NCBI RefSeq assembly: GCF_004010195.1
Contig: NC_057750.1
Location: 17,028,726 to 17,073,223, forward strand
Source of the DNA: Chiloscyllium plagiosum
Taxonomy: Eukaryota
Reading direction: 5' to 3'
DNA length: 44,498 nt
Shown: in pieces, positions 1 through 11,998 of the stretch
How positions within the stretch are numbered: position 1 is the first letter of the stretch
Layout of the letters: each line of letters opens with the position of its first letter
The notes under the pieces: model-generated
Database searches by the model: none
What the model was told of the DNA's origin: nothing
Seen by the model: the letters and a program-made list of their open reading frames with translations, nothing else
Translations under genes and position numbers: made by a program

Positions 1-108
1 CTCAAAAACAAACAATGGGATCTTTGTCTTTTTCTTTCAAGTAGTAACAACCCAACAAGTTTCTCTAGAGGCAGGATTAAGGTAAGAGGTCACAGATATA
101 GCCTAACA

Positions 109-691
109 CAGGCAACTCTGTGATAACGTGAGTTTCAGCTGCATGATTTGGCTATAACATCACTGAAGGATTAGGGAACGGTATTAGAGAACCTTACCTT
201 GGTTTGCAATAGTGCAATTTCAGCAGGGATCAGTTTGTGCGCATCGTTCTGTGCATGCGCTGAAATCTCTGTGCATGTGCTGATGTCTGTGCTGTTCTGC
301 GGATACATGATGTTGATGCCAGTCTTTGTGCCGTTCTGCACTTGCACTGGCATCCACGCCAAAGTCTCCATGCTGTTCTGCGCATGCATGACGTCAGCGT
401 CGGTCTTCATGCCATTCCATGCATGCGCTGCTGTCAGCTGCCGACAGAGCAGCTTTCTTACATGTTTTAAATGTACCGTGTTAAATTTACTTTTGTTTCA
501 TTAATAAATATGATTTCAACCTTCATTCAGGTTGTGCTATACTTTACATTAGACTTTTGGGTGATTTTTGAGCAATCAAGAGTGATTTGTTTTGCAATCT
601 GCCCCAACCCCACTTTTCCTACAGGCCCCATTGTTTCTATTAAGCAAAGTTTCACTGGAACACAACTGTTGCATTATAGGAGAACTACCTG
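109..691. mobile_element. Tigger/pogo-like non-autonomous DNA transposon (MITE), degraded
   Basis: Imperfect terminal inverted repeats CAGGCAACTCTGTGATAACG (109-128) versus reverse complement of 672-691 CAGGTAGTTCTCCTATAATG. TA follows the right end. Interior holds degenerate TGCGCATGCG-rich tandem units. Confidence 0.55.
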
Positions 692-781
692 TATGCCTTC
701 CAAACTTCAAACAATACTCCAGGCAGCCAAATTTCTTTGAAATCTTTCAATTTAGTCCCTAGCTTGCAAAATCCAGGGTCT

Positions 782-1097
782 GATTAGATTAGATTCCCTA
801 TCGTGCAGAAACAGGCCCTTCCGCCCCAACAAGTCCACACCAACCCTCCAAAGAGTAACCCACCCAGATCAATTCCCCTACTCATGCATCTATCTCTATG
901 GGCAATTTAGCTTGGCCAATTCATCTGACCTGCCCATCTTTGGACTGTGGGATGAAACTGGAGCACCCGGAGGAAACCCAAGCAGTCACGGGGAGAATGT
1001 ACAAATTCCATGCAGACAGTCGCCAGAGGCTGGAATCGAACCCAGGTCCCTGGCGCTGCGAGGCATCACTGCTAACCACTGGGCCACCGTGCCGACC
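782..1097 (-). mobile_element. HE1-type tRNA-derived SINE (shark)
   Basis: Minus strand starts GGCACGGTGGCCCAGTGGTTAGC (A box) ... GGGTTCGATTCC (B box) and ends in a CR1-like tail with (TAATC)n. Homologous to copies at 11467 and 43695. Confidence 0.9.
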
Positions 1098-1409
1098 TCT
1101 GGAGATTGAACTCCCCAGTGAATCTCTTACAGCAGAGAACTAGAAACATCTCTTTACCACTGCAACACTATTGGTTTGAGAGGAAATCTGTGACTCCTTA
1201 AAAATCCCTGCCATACCGGAGTCCCAATAAATGCAATGGAGAATTCCCAGGATTTGCTATTCATTTAGGGTATAGACAGGGATCAATGGAATTAACATGG
1301 AATTCAATTTTTTTTTAAATTGATGAAACAAATTTAGGAGTATGATTACAGCATTTCAAAAAAATGGGGCTTTGAACCACTGGATTACTATAGCACAGGG
1401 GCTATTTGG

Positions 1410-3150
1410 TCAGTTGTGTCTGTGCCAGCTCAGTTATCACTCCCCTACCTTTTACCTTTCACCTTTCAACCTGCAAATTCTCCTTTTCAGAAATAAAGGT
1501 ACAGTTCTCTTCGGAAAGCCACAATTGAACCTTCCTCTATCACAATCTCAACTAGTGTACTTCAAAACCTAATCATTCATTACAAAGTGTTCTTTCTCAT
1601 ATGCAGCTGATAAAAGACCAAATGACCAGTGACTTAAATCAGCACCCTCATGAAAACCGTTTCACTAGTGGGAAAAGTTTATTCCACTCTACTGTTCAAT
1701 CCTCTCATGATTCTGAATGCTGCTAAACAGAACAACTCCAGATTTTCCAAACTATCAGTGGAACTCAGAAATTCCTTAACCCTGGAGCCACACATGAATT
1801 TTTTTCTGCACCATATATAATGCCTCCACATTATTTCAAAGTCTGTGACCAGAACTGGACACAATACTTCAGTCGAGGACCAACCTGCGTTTTAAAGATT
1901 TATCATAACCTCCTTGCTTTGCTCTTCTATTCATAAAATTATCCAGATTCATACAGCATGTATATAAACAGACCTTTTGGCCCACCAGACCAACAAATAA
2001 TACTAATCCCATTTACCTACTTTCCGTCAATAATCTAATTTGCCCTGGCATTTTAAGTGCTTCTTTAACATTGTAACAATACCTATCTCCTCAGGCAGTA
2101 TATTTTATATTTCTACCATCCTCTGGCTGGGAAAATAAAAGTTTACTCCGATCCCCTCTAAACCACTTCCTCCTCACTTTAAACTTATGCCATCTAGGTT
2201 TAGAGGCATCTACCATGGGGGAAAGATGCTCACGATCAACCCCTATCTATGCCTCTTCATTTTGCATACTTCAACCAAATCTTCCCCTTCAGCCTTCTCT
2301 ACTCCAGAGGAACATGTCCAGTCTCTCCATTCCAGGCAACATCCTAATGAATCTCCTCTGCAACCTCTCCAGTGTAATCATGTCATTCCAATAGTGTGGC
2401 AACCAAATCTGCATTCAGTACTCCATCTGTGGCCCAAACAATACTTGATAAAGTTGCAACAAGACTTCTCTACTCCTATATTCTATGCTCCAACTAATGA
2501 AGGCAACCATTCTGTATGTCTTCTTCACCAAATTGTCTAGCTGTGCGGACGCCTTCAGGGTTCTATGACATTTTGTTCTTCTCTACTCCCTATGGATCTA
2601 CCATTCTTTGTAGAAAGTCCTTTCCTTATGAAATTTTCTAAAATGTATCACCTCACATTTATCAAAATTGAATTTCTATCTACCCACTTGGCTGCCCAAT
2701 TTACCATCTGAAAATATCAGACTGGAGCATGAGACCATCCTCCTTATTATCAACACCTATTTTCATATCATCTCTAAACTTCCTAATTATAATTTGTACA
2801 TTCCAATCCATGTCATTAATGTATATAAACAGCAAGGGTCCCTGCACTGATCCCTGTGGTATACCACTAGCCACTGGCTTTCAGTCATGCAAACATTCTA
2901 CTAATCACCCTTTGCCTATTTGCAAGCCAATTTTGAATCCAGTTTGCCATGGATCCCATGGACCATTATCTTTTGGACTAGCCTTCCATGTGGGACCTTG
3001 TCACAGGCTTTACTGAAGTCCATGCAAACTATGTCAAATGCACCACTCAATATATTTAGGTACACTTTCAGAATCTTCCTCCTACAATTCAGTGTAGACT
3101 ATCTTGGATCAATTCCTGCATTTCCAAGTGTTGATTAATCCTGTCCCTCA
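1410..3150 (-). mobile_element. Old degraded CR1-type LINE fragments (RT 3' region)
   Basis: Recognisable CR1 ORF2 3' motifs on minus strand (e.g. gaccagaactggacacaatact, gggtccctgcactgatccctgtggtataccact), heavily mutated. Probably two adjacent fragments. Confidence 0.65.
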
Positions 3151-3729
3151 GAATTTCATGTTCAGATACCCTGAAGTTCCCAGTGCACCCCCTTTTAAAA
3201 TTGCACCCTTTATTTTATATTGTACCTCCCAGGCTTTGCTATCAAATTTCACATGCCACTTGTCCACCCTTTCCACTCTTAACATTTAACACTTCTCTCC
3301 TCACTGTTCAAATCCAAGTTTTGGGCCATACATGACTTTCAAAAGGTGTGTCCTGTGCATTAAAGTCTAGGTCTTCAATATATAATCAAAAAGCATGGCT
3401 TACATCTCTGGTGAATTCAACTAAACAATGCTCCAAACTGAAACAACCATTCACCATTACTTTGTTTCTGATCACTTAGTCAATTATTGGAAATCAGTAA
3501 TTTCTAACACTTAAATAAAATTCTGAATTTAAATTCACTATAACTAATACTCAAATAAAATAATGGGCAAAAGTTAAAGTCAACATTATTACTATTTCCT
3601 TTACTGTAAATCTTTCAATTGGTTCTGGAGCATCTAATAAAATAGATTTTGGAAGCTTATGTACACCACATTAACTATATGTACGTTTTTGCCTTACCAA
3701 AATTTCAAGCAAGTTAATTAAAACAAAAA

Positions 3730-3925
3730 CAAAGCATTGGAGAAACTCAGGTCTGGCAGCATTTGTAGAATGAAAAACAGTTACCATTTCAAGTCCATGG
3801 ATCTTTCATAGAACTAACAAAGAAGAGTCACTGGATTTGAAACATTAACTCTAGGTTTTCTCTCCACAGGTGCTACAAGATCCAAATTTCTTCAACACTG
3901 TTTCAGACATCCAGCATCCACATTT
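3730..3925. mobile_element. Old degenerate fold-back Penelope-derived short element
   Basis: Left arm ggagaaactcaggtctggcagcatttgtaga...catttcaagtcc and right arm ggatttgaaacattaactc...ctctccacaggtgct are loosely complementary. Resembles the younger hairpin elements at 40022 and 41585. Confidence 0.45.
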
Positions 3926-5511
3926 CTTTAAACATGGTTTTCCTTCAAGTTCATGCTGCTTTTCCTTAAATGAGCTTGCATTTGCCCAAGTTACATTCAT
4001 TTTCCCCTGAATTATTACTTCCAAAAGCTTTTCCATTGCAGAAATTAAAGAGGATACCTAAAAGGGGAATGACATTAAAACACAGTGGACCCAAGTGTTT
4101 ATTTTAAATGAGAGAGAGAGAAAGAGAGAGAATGCAGGGAGAAGACTACTTTTAGGAAAGTTAATTTGTAGTACAGGAACAACAAGGAAAAGCTTAGAAC
4201 AGCACTGATAATAGCCACAGTGGGACAGGGAACGTTAGGGAAAAAAAGTCTTTTTAAAAATGGCAGTTTTGGAAACGAAACAAAAGTAATTGGGGATTGA
4301 CTGATGGATTCTGATTTATCGGAAGCATGAATAAAACAATGCTTCAAGAGCTAAAACAAAAACTGGGCCAAATTTGTCTGGATTTGGTAAAAACCTGACC
4401 CGACTACTCCCTTGACTTACAAAATGCACACCTGATCCACCTGTTACTTTAAGAAATTTTCATTTTTACATATAGGGGAAGGGCTTTAGTGAATTTTGAG
4501 AGCCAGGAGGGTGCACTAGGAGTGAGTGCCAAGGCTGGCCAGTTAGAAGGCATGCCTTGGTTCTCCAATACAGCAGCCTAGATACCAACATTGTTTTAAG
4601 GTCTCCATAAACCTCTCACCCCCATGCCACCCACAGTGCACCATACTATCCACACCACTCCACATGATCACTCATGCCACCTCTACAGCTAGTCATCGAG
4701 TATGCACTATGCATTGTTCTGAGGAGCCATGCAATGGTAATTATTATTTTAAAATAATTGCAAACTAGTATCTCTAGCTATCTAAGAAAGCGCTGAACTC
4801 AACAAAAAAAAAATCTAAGAGAGAAGCTGTATTACTACAAAAAGACATTATAAACTTGTAACGGTTTGAATTGCTTTCATTTCAATAAGATTAGCTGAGC
4901 TGAAAGAACGAGCCATGCATCTGAGTCATTGACAGGTAGCAGGTACAACATTGTTGACAGGAAATTAACTATATACACATATAGCATTAGTGAAATCTAT
5001 GGCACAGTAACTTGCTTCAAAAGGCAGCAGACACTAAAGCCTTTGCCAATATCCATGATAATGAAAAATAATTTTAAAAAGTGTTCCAGAGCAGAGATTC
5101 AAAACAGAGTTCCAGAGGCAACAAGATGACCTGTGGGATAGTCATACTGATGACCTATTAACTGTCATGGATGAGGGCTGAAATTATTAAGTCAGTAAAA
5201 CAAACTGCCTTTTTATTTGTATGGATTCTGAAGTCTAAAAAACAAAACCACAACAAATTCTGTACCCATTCAAATACAGCCAATATTTCATGGATGTGAA
5301 CACCCATTTCTATTGTAGGTGGGGTTTTAGATCTCATTTAATGTATGCAAGTCGTTTGCTGTCTCATTCTCCAAAATCTTTGTTAAAATTAGTCTGATTT
5401 TAAAATTAGTTTGTGTAATTTTAAAATCATGCATATTGGTGCAGATACCTTTGATAATATACTGCATGATGGATTGTTGCGCAACATTAAATCTCACAGA
5501 ACCAGAAGAGC

Positions 5512-6566
5512 AAGCCAATTGGATACAAAATTGGCTTGAAGGTAGAAGACAGAAGGTGCTGGTACAGGGTTGTTTTTCAAACTAGAGGTCTGTGACCAGC
5601 AGTGTGCCATAGGGATCAGTGCTGGGTCCACTGTTAATTGTAATTTATATAAATGATTTGGATGAGAATTCAGGACGTATGATTAGTAAGTTTGCGGATG
5701 ACACCAAGTGTGGTGGCAATAGTGGACAGTGAGGGAGTTGTGTGAATATAGCGAGATCTGATCAACTGGGCCAGTGGGCTGAGGAATGGCAGATGGAGTT
5801 TATTTTAGATAAATGCGAGGTGTGGCATTTTGGTAGGTCAAACCAGAGCAGGATTACACAGTAAATGGTAGGGCCCTGAGGAGTGTTATAAAACAAATAG
5901 ATCTGGGTTACAGGTTCCTAGCTCCTTGAAAGTGGAATCACAGGTGGACAGAGAGGTGAAGGCAGCTTTTGGCTTGCTTGCTTTCACTGGTAAGAGCATG
6001 AAATGTAAGAGCTGGGATGTCTTGTTGCAACTGTATAAGATGTTGATAAAGCCACATTTGGAGTACTGTGTGCAGTTCTGGATGCCCTTGTGAATAAAAG
6101 GATATTATTAAACTAGTACAGAAATGATTTATTCAGATACTACTGTCTGGACTGGAAGGTTTGAGTTATAAGGAGAGATTAGATAGGCAGGGATTTTTTC
6201 CATTGGAGCATTGGAGACTGAGGGGTGACCTTAGAGATCTATAAAATAATGACAAGCACAGATAAGGTTGATAGCCAACAGCCTTTCCCCACTGGAGGGG
6301 AGTCTAAAACTAGAGGGCACAGGTTTAATATGAAAGAGGGGAACAATACAAATGGGTCCAGAGGGACAATTCTTTCCACAGAAGGTGGTGGTGATTGCCT
6401 GGAATGGGCTGCCAGAGGTAGTGGAGGAGGAGTATCTTTATCAATAAAGAAATGTTTGGATGAGATAGGTATGGAGGGATATGGACCAAACACAGGCAAA
6501 TGGGACTACTTTAATTGTGAAACTGGGCAATGTGCTCAAGTCTGGTTGAAGGGCCTGTTTCCATGA
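5512..6566 (+). mobile_element. CR1/HER1 LINE, 5'-truncated (RT C-terminal half plus 3' UTR)
   Basis: Encodes VTSSVP*GSVLGPL, SKFADDTK and LEYCVQFW motifs with stops and frameshifts. Ends with the CR1 3' tail (gggcctgtttccatg). Confidence 0.9.
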
Positions 6567-6749
6567 TTAACTAAAAAAGTGAAACTGACTTTATTCAGAC
6601 AGAACCACCTGACCCTTAAATTAAAAATCAAATTGGCAAGAGCAAATCATTAGATTTTTTTTCCAGCCCTGTTACCATGTTTAAGATTAAATCAATTTGT
6701 AAATTTTATCAGAGATGACAAAAATGTATAATTGCCATGTTTTGACAAG

Positions 6750-8152
6750 AGAACATGACAGTGCAGTACAGGCCCTTCGGCCCTGGATGTTGTGCTGACC
6801 TGTGCAACCAATCTGAAGCCCATGTATCGTACACTATTCCATTTTCCTCCATATGTTTATCCAATTTAAATGCCCTTAAAGTTGGCAAGTTTACTACTGT
6901 TGCAGACAGTGCATTCCATGTCCCTACTATTCTGAGGAAAGAAACTATCTCTGACAGCTGTCCTATATCTATCACCCCACAATTTAAAGCTATGCCCCCT
7001 CGTGCTAGCCATCACCATCCTAGGAAAAAGGCTCTCACTGTCCACCCTATTTAACCCTCTAATTATTTTGTATGTCTCAATTAAGTCACCTCTTCTTCTC
7101 TCTAACAAAAACACGCTCAAGTCCTTAGCCTTTCCTCTTAAGGCCTTCCCTCCATACCAGGCAACATCCTAGTAAATCTCCTCTGAGCCCTTCTGTGAAG
7201 TGTCCACTTCTTTCCTATAATGTGGTGACCAGAACTGTACGCAATACTCCAAGTGCAGCTGCATCAGAGTTTTGTACAGCTGCAGCATGACCTCATGGCT
7301 CTGAAACCCAATCCCTCTACCAATAAAAGCTAACACACCGCATGCCTTTTTAACAACCCTATCAACCTGGATGAGAACTTTCAGGGATCATGTGCATGAA
7401 CACGAAGATCTCTCTGCTCATCCACACTATCAAGAATCTTACCATTAGCCCAGTACTCTGCATTCCTTCCAAAGTGAATCACCACACATTTTTCCGCATT
7501 AAACTCCATTTGCCACCTCTCAGCCCAGCTCTGCAGCTTGTCTACGTCCCTCTGTAATCTGCAACATCCTTCCACACTTCCACAACTCCATCAACCTTAG
7601 TGTCATCAGCAAATTTACTAACCATCCTTTCACACCCTCATATTAGGTCATTTATAAAAATGACAAACAAACAGCAGTGGACCAAAATCAGATTCTTGTG
7701 GTACACCACTAACTGAACTCCAGGATAACACTTCCCATCAACCACCTCTTTTCAGCTAGCCATCCTCTGATCCAAACTGCTAAATCACAATCCCATGCTC
7801 CGTATTTTGTTCATTAGCCTACTGTGGGAAACCTCATCAAATGCTTTACAGAAAACCATATACACATCAACCACTTTACCTGCATCCACCTGATTGGTCA
7901 TCTTCTCAAACAACTCAATAAGGTTTGTGAGGCACGACCTACCTTTCACAAAACCATGCTGGCTATCCGTGATCAACTTATTCCTTTCTAGATGATTATA
8001 AATCCTCTCTCTTCTAATCCTTTCCATCAGTTTACCCACAACTGAACTAAGGCTCACTGGTCTATAATTACCAGGGTTGTCTCTACTCCCCTTCTTGAAC
8101 AAGGGGACACAATTTGCTATCCTCCAGTGTTCTGGCATCATTCCTGTAGACA
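6750..8152 (-). mobile_element. CR1/HER1 LINE, 5'-truncated
   Basis: ORF track: WRIANCVPLFKKGSRDNPGNYRPVSLSSVVGKLME...QHGFVKGRSCLTNL, and WAERWQMEFNAEKC. 3' tail at ~6750. Confidence 0.92.
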
Positions 8153-8597
8153 ATGCAGAGTTTTCCCCATAACAAAACTTTTGATCATCACTTAAAATGA
8201 GTGTGATAATATGCAAGGAATGCATTACAAAAGCCCACCAAATAAACAAACATTCACAACAACAGATTCTCAGTTTAGATCAAGATAATTTCGACAAATG
8301 ACAGTACATATTCTAATAGTTTATATCAAGATGTCCAGATGCCTGTTCTCCTGAGATCACAATATGCTTATTTTACAGGCTAGTGTTTTCTTGCTATTGC
8401 TGCTGAGAAACAATATCAATTGCAGAACAGCAAAGAGGCAAACCAGACAGTGACATAGGTACATTCTTGTTTGCAGTGGTACAAATTTTTTTTGAATTAT
8501 CATACACCTATCTAGAAAGTACTTTTGTAGGCTTAGAAATTCTTGGTACCACCTAATTTATCCAAAACATCCAAAAGGGTAGGCAATTTGTCCTTAC

Positions 8598-8656
8598 TGT
8601 ACCAGAGTGCTCTGCTTCGCAATATGGATTGGCTCCTGCATAACTGCAGTGCATAT
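8598..8656 (-). CDS. Candidate 59-nt exon of the minus-strand gene (unverified)
   Basis: Acceptor TTACTTTTCAG| and donor ACA|GTAAGG in host-gene orientation. All three frames are open, with no convincing ADAD homology. Confidence 0.25.
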
Positions 8657-9479
8657 CTGAAAAGTAATTAAGACCTGAATAAAAATATTTAAGAGCTCCT
8701 TGCATGAACGGTGCTGTAAGACTCTTGAAATATTCTCTGTAGTCACGGGTATTCTGATGGAGCCTGACATTTGGCAGAAGGAAAGGAGGTAGTTAGCCAA
8801 AAGGAGAATGATCAGGAACAACTGGGAACGAGAGCAAGGAAACTACACAAAAAGGCTTACACAGCCAAATTCCAGATAGCACCTCTACTCAACTTTAATG
8901 AGAAGCAGCGCTTAGGTTCAACATTGTGTGCTGCCGAATGCAAGAAAACTTGGACAGCTGCCGCAATGGGAAAAATTTGCTAAGGTCATGAGCCAAAGTA
9001 CCATAAGGGGTTGGAAACTGCAGAAGTCCCTGAGCCCTTGGTTTCTTTGCTCACTCCTTTGTGCCTATTTAGTGGTTTATAGCAGCCCTACTTTGCACAT
9101 TTCCCACTTAGATTCACAGTACTTCTATCTTAACTTGCTTCTCAATGCAAACATAAAGCCAGGTAGCTCATCACATTAGTCAGCGCTGATCAGTTAAGGA
9201 CATGTTGTTGTACGGCTATGTTAAACTCATATGTACATCATGCAGCAAACACACTAAGTGCTTCAACTAAATGGCCTTGTCTCAAAGTCTAAAGAGAAGT
9301 CCCCAGTTGAGTAAAGGGAGACAGCCTACAGGAATGGAGCCCCAGCAGTAGTTAAAGATGTCATCCAATAATCAGTCCATGGCATAGTTAGTTGGCCGCT
9401 TGAAGTGGTCAGCGTCAGGATCATCTAGTGTGAGGAGCCAATGTTGGACAAAGCCAGCATTCTTGGCTTTTTCATTATT

Positions 9480-9625
9480 AGCATGAACACTGCAAATCAA
9501 AAAAATATTTGGCCTGTTTTGAAGATAAAAATGTTTCCATCAAAAACTACCACAGTAAATGTCTTGGAGTTTGGGGTGTCCAAATAGCCGCATTACCATT
9601 ATGCAACTGTTGGTTGCACTGTTGA
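9480..9625 (+). repeat. ~145-bp local direct duplication, copy 1
   Basis: agcatgaacactgcaaatcaaaaaa...gcaactgttggttgcactgttga is nearly identical to 11808-11952. Confidence 0.9.
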
Positions 9626-10559
9626 CAGGAGCCAACTGTCCACAAACTGACGGATTGAGTGAGATGAAAGCAACTGACACAAGTTTTGTACTGGTGCAGA
9701 GGAAAGAAAAAGAGGGAAGTGAATGAGGAGTTGGTGGTGCAGAGGTTACATGGAGGAAAACATATCGTGTGCAATAATGAGAGTGGTAGTGGTGAGGAAA
9801 AGTCTTAATTATTTGGGATAAAATTAATAGTCCCATTAAAAATGTCAGTTGATTCAGAACAGTCGGCATGGATTTGTTAAGGGAAAATGATGCTGGAATT
9901 CTCTGAAGAGCAAGAGAGGCGTTGATGAAGCCAGGGTTCTGTGTGTTAATGGATTCCAAAAGACACTCAATAACCAATGAACTTGAAGTTGTACTTCACA
10001 GAATGAAAGGAAAAGTTGGGGGGAGGTGGGTGCATTAGCAAAGTGAATGTGAGGTAATAAAGAAATGGTGGCACTTACCAGTTGTAGCAAAGAAGTCAGT
10101 AATCTTCTTGTGGCACTGCTGGGCATTTCTCCACACTGAACTCAAGTGAAAACCCTGGACCAGGCAAGGAAGGCCTGGTGTCGTGGCATCCTTCACCAGT
10201 CCTGGGCAAAGAGGTCAGCTGTTATCTGCACAACCTCATCCACCAGGGCCTCCAGGTAAATGTCTGGAAAAAGGGGGTGCCAACTTTTCCTTATTTGTCA
10301 TGCCCAGAGCAAATATTGCAAATTGTGCAGAGCAGCCTTGGACTGCCAGCGCTTAACCAGATGCACATAAATCTCTTAAATATGCTGCTTGGACAAGGAA
10401 TCGTGGGGTGGCATTATAGTGGTAACTTTTTTTTACCTACAGTGAATCATAGAATCAAGCTGACATCAGGCAAGCTGGGTGCCATATTGTTATGGAGGTG
10501 GACTTTGGATGATAATACAAAAAATTCCCTAGGCCTTGTGGAGAGAAACACTCCATAAA

Positions 10560-11420
10560 ACTCAATGAAATGAACACTTAGTGAATTTCTGGTAAGAATC
10601 AGCCCAATGTCTTTTTGAAACTTTACACTTTGTCATTCACAACTTTGAAATTGTTTACTGCACATCAAGATTATGTTATTTATACAATTCAGGAAAAGGA
10701 AGGGCCTCAATATCGACCCTGTCGAACACCACGACAAACATCCCAGCTTGAAAAGTAATCAAACAATTACCGCCAGTTTCTTATCCTTCAGTCAATTTGG
10801 TATCCACATTGCTATTTTTCCTTTCATTCATGAATTTCAACTTCAAGTTCATTAGTTATTGAGTGTCTTTTGGAAGTCTATAGAACCCTGCCTTCATCAA
10901 GCCTTCTGTTACCTCTTCAGAGAATTCCAGCAAGTTGGACATTATTTTCCTTTAACAAATCCATGCTGACATTTTCTTTTAAATGGGACTATTAATTTTA
11001 TTCAAAATAATTAAGACTTTTCCCCACCACTGAAGCTGAACTGACTGGTCTGTAATTGCAGGGACAAGCTTTTGCCAACATGACCAGAATGTCTTCAATT
11101 CTCCAGCGGTCCAACATCATCCTTAAATCCAGGCAACACTGAAAGATAATTGCCAGCACACCTGTAACTTCCTCTCTTACTCCTTCCAATATATCTCACA
11201 CAGTTCTAGTGGCTTATCAACTTTAAGTACTGATAGCTTATTCAATAGCACTTCCTCAAGCTTTTAAGCCATTCTGGTGACTAGAGTCTCTTTCTGGTCA
11301 CCATGGCCTGGGCAACATCTGCTCAACATGAAGTATTCATTTAAGACCTCAGTCATACCATTCCCCTCTACGTGCAAATCTCTTTTTAGTTCCTAAATGG
11401 CCCTTCTTTTACCACTGATA
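10560..11420 (-). mobile_element. Degraded CR1 LINE fragment
   Basis: ORF 10998-11189 contains NYRPVSSASVVGK. An inverted partial duplicate lies at ~9786-9991. Confidence 0.7.
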
Positions 11421-11466
11421 TACTCAAAATGTTTGGGATTTCTCTTGTTAATTACAGAAGCAAATA

Positions 11467-11804
11467 TTAGATTAGATTAGATTAGATTAGATTAGATTAG
11501 ATTACAGTGTGGAAACAGGCCCTTCGGCCCAACAAGTCCACACCGATCCGCCGAAGCGCAACCCACCCATACCCCTACATTTACCCCTTTTAATCTAACA
11601 CTACGGGCAATTTAGCATGGCCAATTCACCTAACCCGTACATCTTTGTGACTGTGGAAGGAAACCGGAGCACCCGGAGGAAACCCACGCAGACACGGGGA
11701 GAATGTGCAAACTCCACACAGTCAGTCGCCTGAGTCAGGAATTGAACCCGGGTCTCTGGCGCTGTTAGGCAGCAGTGCTAACCACTGTGCCACCGTGTCG
11801 CCCA
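11467..11804 (-). mobile_element. HE1-type tRNA-derived SINE, young copy
   Basis: A/B boxes on minus strand (GGTGGCACAGTGGTTAGC; GGGTTCAATTCC) and a long (TAGAT)n tail at 11467-11503. Confidence 0.93.
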
Positions 11805-11807
11805 CTA

Positions 11808-11952
11808 AGCATGAACACTGCAAATCAAAAAATTATTTGACCTGTTTTAGGATAAAAATATTTCCATCAAAAACTACCACAGTAAATGTCTTGAAGTTAG
11901 GGCAGTCTAAATAGCAACATTACCATTATGCAACTGTTGGTTGCACTGTTGA
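11808..11952 (+). repeat. ~145-bp local direct duplication, copy 2
   Basis: Near identical to 9480-9625. Confidence 0.9.
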
Positions 11953-11998
11953 GCTATTACTCTCTATTCGAGTGAAATTTATGGTACGACACACTTAC

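Noticed and set aside
171..504. Overlapping Cys/Ala/His-rich ORFs
   Set aside because: Translation of the degenerate tandem array within the MITE.
5161..5309. Minus-strand frame EMGVHIHEILAV...ALIHDS* resembling the ADAR HEVVA..LHDSH motifs
   Set aside because: No GTG motif, spacing too long, stop immediately after HDS and a poor acceptor. Probably chance.
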